A DNA stretch of 33,312 bases from Balneolaceae bacterium (GCA_007123785.1 SLGL01000480.1:1-33312), one strand, 5' to 3'; positions 1 through 10,307 are shown, counted from the first letter of the stretch. Numbers and translations: made by a program. Notes: a model not told the origin generated them from the letters alone.

Positions 1-1
1 A

Positions 2-163
2 CGAAGTACCCCAGCCAAGCTTTACAATATCGGTGTAGTTCGAAGCTACTTCACAAAAATCTTCTGCCTGCCGAACACTAAACCCTTTATCAAGAGCAAG
101 AGTAATTCCTTCGTTTCTGGGTTTTTCCGTCCTCTTGGGCAGATGATTTAGTTGAAAAGACAT
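2..163 (-). CDS. comA: Phosphosulfolactate synthase (ComA family), 5' part; runs off the window start
   Basis: Not in the ORF track. Manual translation from ATG at 163: MSFQLNHLPKRTEKPRNEGITLALDKGFSVRQAEDFCEVASNYTDIVKLGWGTS. RxxKPRxxGxTxxxDKG and KLGWGT are ComA signatures. Confidence 0.85.
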   Translation of the reverse strand, partial: MSFQLNHLPKRTEKPRNEGITLALDKGFSVRQAEDFCEVASNYTDIVKLGWGTS

Positions 164-252
164 TCACCTTTGTTAAAATTTCGCAAACGGCTTAAGATAC
201 AAAACCATGCTTTTATTAAAAAGCTTCATTCTGTATAGGTGTTTTACTTTAT

Positions 253-1752
253 TTAACCGCTCGGTTTACGGTTAGAAAGTTGGATAATATAGCGAACTTT
301 GTCACGGTCAACCTGATCGAGCATCTTTTTGGTATATCTCCAAAGCCAATTTTTTTGAACTGTTCCGGGTGTGTTCATCCTGTGAGATTCATCCAGACCC
401 ATAAAATCCTGGAGTGGAAAAATGGCCTGGTCGGCAACCGAAAGCATTCCCAGACGAATAAGCTCCCAGTGAATATCATTGCCATCGCTGCGTGTATATT
501 CCCTGGCACGGTGCTGTTCAATTTCCGGTGTAGTTCGATACCACCCAATGGTTGTATCGTTATCGTGCGTACCAGTGTAAACCACACAGTTTTGAGAATA
601 GTTGTGAGGAAGAAAGCTGTTGGTTGCATCGGAATTGAATGCAAAATGAAGGATTTTCATCCCCGGAAACTGAAAATCATCCCGAAGCTTTTCTACCGAT
701 GGTGTCATTACACCTAGGTCTTCAGCGATAATGGGCAGTTCACCCAACTCTTTTTTAATAGTTTGAAACAGTTTTTCACCCGGTGCTTTTATCCATCGTC
801 CTTTTTGCGCGGTTTTTTCACTGGCAGAAACTTCCCAGTAAGCATCGAACCCGCGGAAATGATCTACCCGAATAGCATCATACAGCTCAAACATTTGCCT
901 GAACCGATCTATCCACCAGGAAAAATTATCTTTTTCGAGAACGTCCCACTTATAGAGCGGATTGCCCCACAACTGTCCGGTTTCGCTAAAATAGTCGGGA
1001 GGCACACCTGCTACGAGCTTGCGGTTCCCCTGTTTGTCGACTTCAAAATATTGGGTATTTCCCCACACATCCGCACTATTGTGATCTACAAAAATGGGGA
1101 TATCACCCACCACACGAACCCCTTTGCTGTTAGCGTAGGTTTTGAGATCGAACCACTGTTCAAAAAATTCAAACTGCACCCAAACCTGATAATTAATTTC
1201 TTCCCGGTGTACTTTTTTAAGCTTACTGATCTCTGATGGTTTCCGCTGGGCAATTTCGGCAGGCCATTGGTTCCATGATTTGCGGCCGTTTGCCTTGGAG
1301 CAGGCAATAAAAAGACAATAATCCTCCAGCCACACTTTATTGTTTTTTTTGAAAATTTCCAGCTTTGCTTCATCCTCAGCTGTCGTCAAATCGTAAAATC
1401 TGCGGGATGCAATACGAAATAGTTCGTTCTTGATGCTGTATGAGCCTTCGTAATCTGCCTCATTTGTTACCGGTTTTTCGGCTCTCTTTACTTCGCTTTT
1501 TTTCAGGAGTCCTTTTTCTACAAGTGTATCAAGACTTATGAGAAAATGATTGCCTGCAAAAGCAGAATAACTGGCGTAGGGCGAATTACCGAACCCGGTT
1601 GGCCCAAGCGGCAGAACCTGCCAAATGGTTTGCCCGGTATCATCCAGGTAATCGATAAAGTTCCTGGCCTCTTTCCCAAGGTCTCCCATACCATACATAG
1701 ACGGAAATGACGTAGGGTGAACCAGGGTGCCACAGGATCTGGGGAATTTCAT
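253..1752 (-). CDS. malQ: 4-alpha-glucanotransferase (amylomaltase, GH77)
   Basis: WQVLPLGP, SPY, GDIPIFV, GVPPDYFSETGQLWGNP, RVDHFRG, IAEDLG, YTGTHDN, RMNTPG motifs. Confidence 0.97.
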   Translation of the reverse strand: MKFPRSCGTLVHPTSFPSMYGMGDLGKEARNFIDYLDDTGQTIWQVLPLGPTGFGNSPYASYSAFAGNHFLISLDTLVEKGLLKKSEVKRAEKPVTNEADYEGSYSIKNELFRIASRRFYDLTTAEDEAKLEIFKKNNKVWLEDYCLFIACSKANGRKSWNQWPAEIAQRKPSEISKLKKVHREEINYQVWVQFEFFEQWFDLKTYANSKGVRVVGDIPIFVDHNSADVWGNTQYFEVDKQGNRKLVAGVPPDYFSETGQLWGNPLYKWDVLEKDNFSWWIDRFRQMFELYDAIRVDHFRGFDAYWEVSASEKTAQKGRWIKAPGEKLFQTIKKELGELPIIAEDLGVMTPSVEKLRDDFQFPGMKILHFAFNSDATNSFLPHNYSQNCVVYTGTHDNDTTIGWYRTTPEIEQHRAREYTRSDGNDIHWELIRLGMLSVADQAIFPLQDFMGLDESHRMNTPGTVQKNWLWRYTKKMLDQVDRDKVRYIIQLSNRKPSG

Positions 1753-1782
1753 ATTTTTTCCAATTCCTTGATTACTGAATAT

Positions 1783-3978
1783 TTATTTGACCGGTTTAAG
1801 GATAATCCCGCCCAATGGCGGAACCGGAATATTAATGTGACAGACCTGATTATGCCATGGACCTTCCTGTCCTTCAATCACAGTTGGCCCTGCATTACTG
1901 CCACCGTAAAAGGATGAATCGCTGTTTAAAATCACTTCATATTTTCGCGCCTCGGGCACACCAAACCGGTACACATTGTGATAGGCAGGAGTAAAATTGA
2001 GAATGAATACCAGATAATCTTCCGGGTTTTTTCCTTTCCTGATGAATGAGAGCAAACTATTATCTGCATCGCTCAGATCAATCCATTCAAACCCTTCCCA
2101 TTTCGAATCCACTTCATACAGTGCAGGTTCGTTTCTATACAACTTATTCAGGTCTTTTACCAGGTTTTGAACCCCCTTATGCGGTTCCCACTGAAGCAGA
2201 TGCCAGTCAAGAGATTTTGCTTCGGTCCATTCGTCCCACTGGGCAAACTCACTGCCCATAAAAAGCAGTTTTTTACCGGGATGGCCAAACATATATGTGT
2301 AGAGAAGGCGCAGATTTGCAAATTTCTGCCAGTCATCGCCCGGCATTTTCGATAGCAGCGACTGTTTCATGTGTACTACCTCATCATGCGACAGCGGCAG
2401 GATAAATTGCTCGGAAAATGCATAAATCAATGAAAAAGAGAGCTGATCCTGATGATACTTTCTGTAAATGGGATCTTTTTCTATGTAAGAAAGTGTATCG
2501 TTCATCCAGCCCATATTCCACTTAAAATCGAACCCGAGGCCGCCGGATGATGTGGGTTTGGATACACCCTGCCATGATGTGGATTCCTCGGCAAAGGTGA
2601 GTACCCCCGGATAATATTCATGTGTCACTTCGTTAAACCGTCTCAGAAACTGAATAGCTTCAAGGTTTTCGCGGCCACCATACTGGTTTGGCACCCATTC
2701 GTCATCTTCACGGGAATAATCAAGATAAATCATCGAAGCTACGGCATCTACCCTCAGTCCGTCGATGTGAAACTCTTCCAGCCAATAGATGGCATTTGAA
2801 ATAAGAAAATTCACTACCTCGGTTCGCCCGAAATTAAAAATGCACGTGCCCCAGTCTCGGTGCTCGCCCTGCCGGGGATCTTCGTGTTCGTAGAGTGCAG
2901 TACCGTCAAATCGCCTAAGTCCGTGCTCATCTTTTGTGAAATGAGCCGGAACCCAGTCCACAATCACACCAATGCCGGCCTGGTGGCACTGGTCAATAAA
3001 ATATCTCAAATCATCAGGATTGCCGAACCGGCTGGTTGGTGCAAAATAACCAGTAATCTGGTATCCCCAGGATGGATCGTAGGGATGTTCTGCAATGGGC
3101 ATCAGTTCGATGTGGGTGAAGCCCATCTCCTTGACGTAGGGGACCAGATCATCGGCCAGTTCACGATAACTCAAAAAACCGGGTTTCTCACCCACTTTAC
3201 GCTTCCAGGAACCGGGGTGTATTTCATAAACGGTGACAGCCTCTTCAAAATGGGCGATTTTGGAGCGCTCTTTCATCCACTCGCCATCTTTCCATTCATA
3301 CCTGCTGTTCCACACTTTGGATGCTGTTCCCGGCCGCAGCTCACTAAAACGTGCGTACGGATCGGCTTTCTTCACAGGACCGGGCTGCATATGAGATTTT
3401 ACCTCAAATTTATAAAGATCTCCTTCTGTTACGTGAGGAATAAAAATTTCCCAAATGCCCTGGTCGTGATATTTTCTCATTCCGTGCACACGGCCATCCC
3501 AATTGTTGAATGACCCGATCACACTCACGCGACTTGCACTTGGTGCACTCACCACAAAATGAGTACCTTCTACATCATCAACCATTTTGGTGTGAGCACC
3601 CTTCCACCGATAGGCGTGATGATGGTTTCCTTCTCCCCAGAGCTGGAGATCGAAATCGGAAATCAGGGTACCGAATCGGTATGCATCATCAATTTCATAG
3701 GTTCCACCCACATAAGGCACAACTTTCAATTTGTACGAAAACCTGTTCTTTCGGCGAACAAATATGTATTCAAACAAGCCTTCGTCCGAAATACGTTTCA
3801 ACGTTACCGGTTTCCCGCTATCTGGTAAAACGGTTACCGATTTGGCATCGGGCCGAAAACATCTTACCACAAGTTTTTCTTTACCCTCAACGTTTATAGT
3901 ATGCAGACCAAGCACAGAAAACAGATCCCCGTGATCGCCATTGGAAATTGCCCTGATTTCTTCGATTTTTAAAGTCAC
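1783..3978 (-). CDS. glgB: 1,4-alpha-glucan branching enzyme (GH13)
   Basis: [44 protein letters not shown] motifs; GTG start; adjacent to malQ. Confidence 0.97.
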   Translation of the reverse strand: MTLKIEEIRAISNGDHGDLFSVLGLHTINVEGKEKLVVRCFRPDAKSVTVLPDSGKPVTLKRISDEGLFEYIFVRRKNRFSYKLKVVPYVGGTYEIDDAYRFGTLISDFDLQLWGEGNHHHAYRWKGAHTKMVDDVEGTHFVVSAPSASRVSVIGSFNNWDGRVHGMRKYHDQGIWEIFIPHVTEGDLYKFEVKSHMQPGPVKKADPYARFSELRPGTASKVWNSRYEWKDGEWMKERSKIAHFEEAVTVYEIHPGSWKRKVGEKPGFLSYRELADDLVPYVKEMGFTHIELMPIAEHPYDPSWGYQITGYFAPTSRFGNPDDLRYFIDQCHQAGIGVIVDWVPAHFTKDEHGLRRFDGTALYEHEDPRQGEHRDWGTCIFNFGRTEVVNFLISNAIYWLEEFHIDGLRVDAVASMIYLDYSREDDEWVPNQYGGRENLEAIQFLRRFNEVTHEYYPGVLTFAEESTSWQGVSKPTSSGGLGFDFKWNMGWMNDTLSYIEKDPIYRKYHQDQLSFSLIYAFSEQFILPLSHDEVVHMKQSLLSKMPGDDWQKFANLRLLYTYMFGHPGKKLLFMGSEFAQWDEWTEAKSLDWHLLQWEPHKGVQNLVKDLNKLYRNEPALYEVDSKWEGFEWIDLSDADNSLLSFIRKGKNPEDYLVFILNFTPAYHNVYRFGVPEARKYEVILNSDSSFYGGSNAGPTVIEGQEGPWHNQVCHINIPVPPLGGIILKPVK

Positions 3979-4093
3979 GTTATCTCACCGTTTTGATTTT
4001 TTTGATAGGCGGCTAAAGATATAAATTTTAGCTGGAAATTAAATTTATCAATCCAAATGAACCCAATGAATGGGATAAATACAAATTTACAGA

Positions 4094-5320
4094 ATGAATG
4101 TCATTCAATTTATTTCGAGACGCTACCTTTTTTCAAAAAAACACATCTCGCTGATTTCGGTTCTCACATCCATCAGTATTGCGGGGATTACTATCGGCAC
4201 GGCACTGCTCATAATTATCCTTTCGGTATTTAACGGTTTTTTTGATGTGATCCGTAGCTACCTTCTCTCGTTCGATCCGGACATCCGTGTGGAACTGGCG
4301 GGGCAGCCGAATATGTTTTACGACCCCGAACTGCTGGACCGGGTGCGCGAACATCCGGAAGTAGTTAGTGTGGCGCCCTATATTGAAGGAAAAGCGATGA
4401 TGGTTTTTCAAAACGGACGCAACGAAGTGCTGACAGTGAGGGGTATTGAAAGCGATTCTGATATTCTGACAACCCAACTGGCCGGCCTCATTGCAGACGG
4501 AACAACTGATCTCTCTGTAATAGATGGCCGCCCCGGTGTAATTGTCAGTGAATCACTTGTAAACCGATATCGACTGGACCCTAATGACGAAATTGCAATG
4601 CTCAGCCCCACTGGTATGCGCCGGGCTCTTACACAGTTTTCGGCACCAAGAGTGAGCCGTTTTGATGTGCGTTCCAGTTACAACATGCACCAGATCGTAG
4701 AAGGCGATGTAGTTTATATCGACATGACGGCAGCCCAGCGCCTATTTAACATGAGAAATGAAATTACCGGTTTTGACCTGCAAATTAAGGATACCGATCG
4801 TGCTGAAACAGTGAAAGCCGATCTTGTGAAAACGCTGGGGGAAGATTACCGTATTCAGACATGGTATGACCTGCAAAAGCCCCTCTACGATGTAATGTAT
4901 CTCGAAAAATGGGGATCCTATTTTATCCTGATGATTATTGTTTTGGTGGCTGTACTCAATATTGTGGGATCTCTTACTATGATTGTAATTCAGAAAAAAC
5001 GCGACATCGGCGTGTTGATATCGATGGGGATGACACCCAAAAGAATTAAAAATATTTTCCGAAGCCAGGGTTTACAGATCGGCTTGATCGGGTGCGGACT
5101 TGGGGGCATCCTGGGTATTGGAATGTGTCTGGCTCAACAGGAATTCAGCCTGTTCAAACTCTCCTCATCTTTTATAATTGATGCCTACCCGGTGACCATT
5201 CGTTTTTTTGATGTAGGGATTGTACTTGCCGGCACGATGGTGCTTTGCCTGCTGGCGAGCTGGTACCCCTCTGTACGTGCAGCTTCGATTCAACCCGCAG
5301 ACGCAGTGAGGGATGAATGA
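4094..5320 (+). CDS. LolC/E-family (FtsX-like) ABC transporter permease
   Basis: N-terminal TM helix with SVFNGF, large periplasmic domain, three C-terminal TM helices with KKRDIGVLISMG and SWYP..RAA..QPADAVR. Confidence 0.88.
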   Translation: MNVIQFISRRYLFSKKHISLISVLTSISIAGITIGTALLIIILSVFNGFFDVIRSYLLSFDPDIRVELAGQPNMFYDPELLDRVREHPEVVSVAPYIEGKAMMVFQNGRNEVLTVRGIESDSDILTTQLAGLIADGTTDLSVIDGRPGVIVSESLVNRYRLDPNDEIAMLSPTGMRRALTQFSAPRVSRFDVRSSYNMHQIVEGDVVYIDMTAAQRLFNMRNEITGFDLQIKDTDRAETVKADLVKTLGEDYRIQTWYDLQKPLYDVMYLEKWGSYFILMIIVLVAVLNIVGSLTMIVIQKKRDIGVLISMGMTPKRIKNIFRSQGLQIGLIGCGLGGILGIGMCLAQQEFSLFKLSSSFIIDAYPVTIRFFDVGIVLAGTMVLCLLASWYPSVRAASIQPADAVRDE

Positions 5321-5350
5321 TTTGCAATCCAGGAATTTCAATATCCGATT

Positions 5351-5386
5351 TGAAACCGGGAATGTCGGATAATTTCCGGTTTTTCA
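5351..5386 (+). terminator. Possible intrinsic terminator after the permease gene
   Basis: Stem AAACCGGGAAT (5353-5363) / ATTTCCGGTTT (5372-5382), one G-U pair, running into a short T tract. Confidence 0.4.
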
Positions 5387-5447
5387 GGCTTCCAGATCAC
5401 GCCCATTTCAAGAAGGCAGATCAGGCAAGAATTAAAACCAGCACAGC

Positions 5448-6443
5448 ATGGACCCACTAACACACGGTATTGTGGGGGCGGCTGCTTCGCAGTCTGTGGC
5501 CAAAAAGGAGTTAATGAGGCCTGCTGCCGCCGCAGGTTTTGTGGCAGCAATGCTGGCTGATCTCGATTACTATATTCACATCCCTTCTGATCCGCTTTTC
5601 AACATAGAAGTTCACCGGCAGTTTACCCATTCACTCATTTTCATCCCGGTTGGTGCGCTCGTGGCATCTCTGCTACTCTGGTGGTTTCTCCGAAAACATC
5701 TCACTTTCAGGCAGCTTTACATCTGCAGTTTTGCGGCATACGCTACCAGCGGTCTGCTCGATTCATTCACCAGTTACGGCACACAGCTTCTCTGGCCTTT
5801 TCTGGAAACGCGCTATGCGTGGAATCTCATTTCAGTAGTGGACCCAATCCTTTCCACCGGGCTGATTGTACTGGTTGGCCTGGGGGTGCATCAGAATCGA
5901 AAAGCGCTCATTACTGCTTCCTGGTGCTGGCTGTTTCTGTTTTTTGCATTTGGCTTTTTACAAAAAGAGAGAGGTAAAAGTGCACTTGAAGAGCTTGCCA
6001 GTCAGCGGGGACATTCAACAGAAGAAATCGTGGTGAAACCGACCATTGGGAATCAGTTTTTATGGCGGGGAAATTATATTTACAACGGCCGGGTATTTAC
6101 AGAGGGAATCCGCACAGGGCTGTTCAACGGGGTGAAAATATACGAAGGAGAATCGGCCGAACTTATTGCCCTGGATAAAGATTTTGGTAATTACAAAGGC
6201 ACTACATTATATAACGATCTGAAACGATTCGAAAGATTGTCAGAAGGATTTTTAATCCGTCATCCCGATAAACCGGAAGTAATCGGCGACGCCCGTTACT
6301 CTATGCTTCCTACTTCACTCGTCCCACTATGGGGAGTAGAAACCGACACGACCAACACAGATACCCATCTGCCTTTTCTTTATTTCCGTGATGCCAGCGA
6401 GGAAGTGCGGAACGAGTTCCTGGAGATGCTGAGAGGGAAATAA
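5448..6443 (+). CDS. Membrane-bound metal-dependent hydrolase (YbcI/YfhP, DUF457-like)
   Basis: MDPLTH start, xDLD, HRQFTHS, LLDSFTSYGTQLLWPF motifs; several TM segments. Confidence 0.88.
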   Translation: MDPLTHGIVGAAASQSVAKKELMRPAAAAGFVAAMLADLDYYIHIPSDPLFNIEVHRQFTHSLIFIPVGALVASLLLWWFLRKHLTFRQLYICSFAAYATSGLLDSFTSYGTQLLWPFLETRYAWNLISVVDPILSTGLIVLVGLGVHQNRKALITASWCWLFLFFAFGFLQKERGKSALEELASQRGHSTEEIVVKPTIGNQFLWRGNYIYNGRVFTEGIRTGLFNGVKIYEGESAELIALDKDFGNYKGTTLYNDLKRFERLSEGFLIRHPDKPEVIGDARYSMLPTSLVPLWGVETDTTNTDTHLPFLYFRDASEEVRNEFLEMLRGK

Positions 6444-6690
6444 TGTACCTGTTTAGCCCGCATTTCGTTTCACGCCTATCCCGAACTAACCCGCATTTCT
6501 CACACTAAAATTATTTGAAAACGAAATGCACTTAATTGTTATCAACTTATAATTCAATATAAACTTTTTTTAAAAAACACCCTGTCAGATACCGGAAAAT
6601 TATCCGTATGAGGCATATATGTTGCAAGTAATTATCATTCAAGGATATACATGAATTATCACAAAATAACTGTGAGATATTTTGCAAATA

Positions 6691-7485
6691 TCAAAACTTC
6701 GTGCGTATAGCCCACAGATCCGGGAATATAGGATTGTTCAGGGTTTTGTGCAGGTAGGCCGCTCCATCTGATCCACCCGTTCCCTTTTTGGTACCTATGG
6801 TCCGCTCCACCATTTTTACATGCCGGTAGCGCCATTCCATCAAACCCTCGTCATAATCCACCAGCAATTCTGTAAGTACAGCTGCTTCAGGGTCTTTTTT
6901 CATCACTTCCACCAGCAGTTCCTGATTATTCTCAGACGGATTGTGGACAAGTCCCCGTTCATTCACCCGTTGTGGAATTTCCATTTCATATCCCCGCTTT
7001 TTCAGGTAAATGCAAAAGCTCTCCCACAGGGTACTCTCTTCTTCGCGGATGATGAGCTGCTGCTGCAAATCGGGCTGATCTTTGTGAACCTCAATGATGT
7101 GCGGGGAACGCATTCCGCATACGATCTCCATCTCACGGAACTGTACCGACTGAAAACCGCTGGCATTCTGTAAAAATCCGCGAAAACTGCTGAACTCGAG
7201 CGGTGTCATCGTTTCAAGAATATCGATCTGTGAAACCATTGTTTTCAATATGGTTAGAATCCGACGCATGGTCTTGGCAGCATCCCAGGTTTTTCCTGCT
7301 TCCAGATCGGTCCGGAATTTGTCCAGCTCGTGAAGCACCTGCTTAAACCAAAGCTCATACACCTGGTGAATGATGATAAAAAGCATCTCGTCGTGTTCTT
7401 CCGGGTCAGAAGCTGGCTCCTGAAGAGACAGAAGTTCCTTTACTTTCAGGTAGGATGTGTAAGTTAGGCTTTTGGATTGGCTCAT
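6691..7485 (-). CDS. kynA: Tryptophan 2,3-dioxygenase
   Basis: EHDEMLFIIIHQVYELWFK, ASGFQS, WRYRHVKMVERTIGTKKGTGGS motifs. Confidence 0.96.
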   Translation of the reverse strand: MSQSKSLTYTSYLKVKELLSLQEPASDPEEHDEMLFIIIHQVYELWFKQVLHELDKFRTDLEAGKTWDAAKTMRRILTILKTMVSQIDILETMTPLEFSSFRGFLQNASGFQSVQFREMEIVCGMRSPHIIEVHKDQPDLQQQLIIREEESTLWESFCIYLKKRGYEMEIPQRVNERGLVHNPSENNQELLVEVMKKDPEAAVLTELLVDYDEGLMEWRYRHVKMVERTIGTKKGTGGSDGAAYLHKTLNNPIFPDLWAIRTKF

Positions 7486-7690
7486 GTGATTGTTTAACAG
7501 ATGATTGAATTTTTGTTTTTTGGAATATAGGAAATAGAAGGGAGTTGTGAGGTCTTGAAGAGGATGCTAAAATCAGCATCCAGTGTATCGCTATTAGAGT
7601 AATGTCGCATGTGTCCCGTGTGCTGATTCAAGCATCTCGCTTTTACCCACTTTTAAAGACAAAAATTTCAAGGCCCAGGAGGACTTTCCA

Positions 7691-9442
7691 CTACGATTTT
7701 ATCCACTTTTCAAACTCCATCGCACTCTTCGTATTGAGCACTCTCGCCGGCTCAAACTTCGCTTTCCGGGCAATCATCACACCATAGCGTATATCATCAA
7801 TGCCATCAGTGCTGTGGGCATCAGGGTTGATGGAGGTGAACAGGCCGGTTTCTTTCGCTTTATTCCCATATCGCCAATCGAGATCGAGTCGCCAGGGACT
7901 GGCGTTTATTTCGATCGCAACTCCGCGCTCAACAGCCCATTCAATGATTTGATTCAGGTCGATCTTGCTGCCGTCACGCTTCAGGAGAAGCCTCCCGGTG
8001 GGATGACCCAGCATGGTGGTGCAGGGATTTTCAATCGCCCGTTTAAACCGCTCCATCATTTTCTCCTGCGGCATCTCGAGTCCGCTGTGGACGCTGGCAA
8101 TCACAAAATCAAACCCTTCGAGAATCTCATCGGGATAATCGAGTGAACCGTCGCTCAGGATGTCGGACTCCATCCCTTTAAAAATTTTGAAATTTGTTCC
8201 GCCTGAGGCGAACATTTCATTCAGCTCATCAATCTCATCCCACTGCCTTTTTACATCGTCAATAGATAGCCCGCCGGCATACCCTGCCGTTCGCGAATGA
8301 TCGGAAATGCCAAGGTATTCATAACCTCGTTCCAAACACGCTTCGGCCATCTGTCTGATGGTATATTTTCCATCACTGTAGGTACTGTGAGCGTGTATCA
8401 CCCCGCGAATATCCTCATCACTCACCAGCTCCATCTCCTCATGTTCGGCATAAAACTCAAATTCACCCCGGTCTTCACGGTGCTCCGGCGGCACAAAGTT
8501 CAGCTCCAGTTTTTTATAGATCTCCTTTTCGGACGATGCTTCCACCGGCTGCTCAAAATCGGTCTCTTTTTCGTCATTCAGTTTAAACAGGCCATATTCG
8601 TTCAGAGCCATTCCAAGCTCACGGGCACGCTGACGCATCACAATATTGTGCTCCTTGCTGCCGGTGAAATACATCAGCGCGGCGGGATACTCTTTCTCGC
8701 TCACAATACGCAGGTCAACCTGACGGCCGGTTTCGGTTCGCACGGAGCTTTTGGTGTCGCCCCGGCCCAGGATTTCAACCACAAGTTCATGGCCTGTAAA
8801 CGCATCAAAAATGGTATCGGCATTTTCCTTATCGGCTGCCACGATGATGTCGATATCCCCGATGGTTTCGCGTGAACGCCGAAGGGAACCGGCAATGTCG
8901 CAGTGAAGAACCCCATCCAGTTTTTTTACAAAGTTAAAAATAGGTTCTGCGATTTCCAGGGCTTGATCCAGCCGTGCCCGTTCGCCAAATTTTTCGAGGT
9001 ATTCGATGGACTTGATAATTTTCTCAGCGGATTTTTGCCCAAGTCCCGGCAGATCGGCTACGGCACCGCTCTGACATGCCTCCTTCAGTTCTGTAATTTC
9101 GGTGATACCCAACTCTTTGTGGATTTTGGCGATATTTTTTGGCCCCAACCCCGAGATGTTCAGCCACTCTATCAGCCCGGCCGGTACTTTTTCTTTAAGT
9201 GATTCGAGCACCGGCATGGTTCCTGTTTCCTGTAATGCCTTGATGTCTTTCGCTATCGACTTACCAATTCCCTTTATATCCGTGAGTGTTCCCTCTTCAA
9301 TCCGTTTGGTGATCTCCTCGTTGAGGCCTTCGATGGTTTGCGCGGCACGGTCGAACGCAATGGCGCGGAAACGGTTTTCGCCGGCGAGCTGCATCAAATT
9401 ATATACTTCACGGAGTTTTTCGGCTACATCTTGGTTTGTCAT
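7691..9442 (-). CDS. polX: DNA polymerase X with C-terminal PHP domain
   Basis: HhH motifs (GIGK, GLGPK), GSLRR..ETIGDID, VDLR, YFTGSKEHN; PHP motifs HAHSTYSDG, SDHS, GHP, PDAH. Confidence 0.96.
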   Translation of the reverse strand: MTNQDVAEKLREVYNLMQLAGENRFRAIAFDRAAQTIEGLNEEITKRIEEGTLTDIKGIGKSIAKDIKALQETGTMPVLESLKEKVPAGLIEWLNISGLGPKNIAKIHKELGITEITELKEACQSGAVADLPGLGQKSAEKIIKSIEYLEKFGERARLDQALEIAEPIFNFVKKLDGVLHCDIAGSLRRSRETIGDIDIIVAADKENADTIFDAFTGHELVVEILGRGDTKSSVRTETGRQVDLRIVSEKEYPAALMYFTGSKEHNIVMRQRARELGMALNEYGLFKLNDEKETDFEQPVEASSEKEIYKKLELNFVPPEHREDRGEFEFYAEHEEMELVSDEDIRGVIHAHSTYSDGKYTIRQMAEACLERGYEYLGISDHSRTAGYAGGLSIDDVKRQWDEIDELNEMFASGGTNFKIFKGMESDILSDGSLDYPDEILEGFDFVIASVHSGLEMPQEKMMERFKRAIENPCTTMLGHPTGRLLLKRDGSKIDLNQIIEWAVERGVAIEINASPWRLDLDWRYGNKAKETGLFTSINPDAHSTDGIDDIRYGVMIARKAKFEPARVLNTKSAMEFEKWIKS

Positions 9443-9506
9443 GAATAAAATGATTCTTTGTTTGAAGTTAGAAACTATTGTTGTGTCAAGAATTCAGTTT
9501 CGCAAG

Positions 9507-9586
9507 AAACCCGCAATGTTTCCTTTCACCAATGGCAGTAAGAATGGAATTCTGCAGTCTTTTTGAAGAAAAAACATTGCGGGTTT
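9507..9586. repeat. Perfect 15-bp inverted repeat with 50-nt spacer
   Basis: AAACCCGCAATGTTT (9507-9521) and AAACATTGCGGGTTT (9572-9586), upstream of polX. Confidence 0.85.
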
Positions 9587-9818
9587 TCCCGTCATTTGAT
9601 TTGAAATACTTTATGATCCAAATTTGGAATCTTTAAAAATTAACTTGGTGAGAAGTCCGGTTTAGTAAAGCCCAAAATTACTTCAAACCATACACAATTG
9701 CTGAATTGAGAAAAATTTGAGCTAACCTCTCTATCGATTGAATTTTCAGATATCGATCATGCCAGGCTGTCAGCATTTAGCTTTCCCTAAGTCCCGATAA
9801 AGATTTGGTAAATAGTTA

Positions 9819-9849
9819 TTGAATTTAAAATCATTATGCCATATTTTTG
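9819..9849 (+). promoter_or_regulatory. Bacteroidota-type housekeeping promoter candidate for rpmB
   Basis: TTG (9819-9821), 20-nt spacer, TATTTTTG (9842-9849) matching TAnnTTTG. Confidence 0.45.
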
Positions 9850-9883
9850 GTGTCTATCAAATTTTTAGACAACAGGAAAGATT

Positions 9884-10129
9884 ATGGCACGTAAAGACGA
9901 TATTACTGGCAAAGGAGCCCTGAACGGATACCGGTCGTCAAAAGCGAATAACAAAACCAAACATCGCTTTCAACTGAATTTACAAAAGCGACGCTTTTAC
10001 ATCCCCGAAGAAGATCGGTGGATCACTCTCAAGGTGAATGCAAAAACTTTGCGAACGATCAATAAGAAGGGAATTTCAGCCGTTCTGAAGGATGCCAGGA
10101 AAAAAGGAACTTTATTAAAAGAGGTATAG
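9884..10129 (+). CDS. rpmB: 50S ribosomal protein L28
   Basis: [10 protein letters not shown]...[16 protein letters not shown]...LRTINKKG; basic 81-aa protein. Confidence 0.96.
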   Translation: MARKDDITGKGALNGYRSSKANNKTKHRFQLNLQKRRFYIPEEDRWITLKVNAKTLRTINKKGISAVLKDARKKGTLLKEV

Positions 10130-10133
10130 AACA

Positions 10134-10298
10134 ATGGCGAAAGGCAATCGTGTTCAGGTAATTCTCGAATGCACGGAAAAACCGGGAAGTTCACGCTATG
10201 TTACAACGAAGAACCGGAGAACTACTACAGAGAGGATCGAACTGAAGAAGTACAACCCTGTACTCCGCAAGCATACCATCCACAAAGAAATTAAATAA
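10134..10298 (+). CDS. rpmG: 50S ribosomal protein L33
   Basis: Not in the ORF track. Manual translation: [54 protein letters not shown] (54 aa). Confidence 0.96.
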   Translation: MAKGNRVQVILECTEKPGSSRYVTTKNRRTTTERIELKKYNPVLRKHTIHKEIK

Positions 10299-10307
10299 TA
10301 CAAAACC

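Noticed and set aside
280-3934. Numerous + strand ORFs over malQ and glgB, including 217 aa at 2860-3513
   Set aside because: Antisense shadows of well-supported genes with no recognisable motifs.
7691-9442. Possibly inactivated or non-canonical PolX
   Set aside because: The catalytic D-I-D and third Asp (VDLR) and the PHP ligands are intact; an ordinary repair enzyme.
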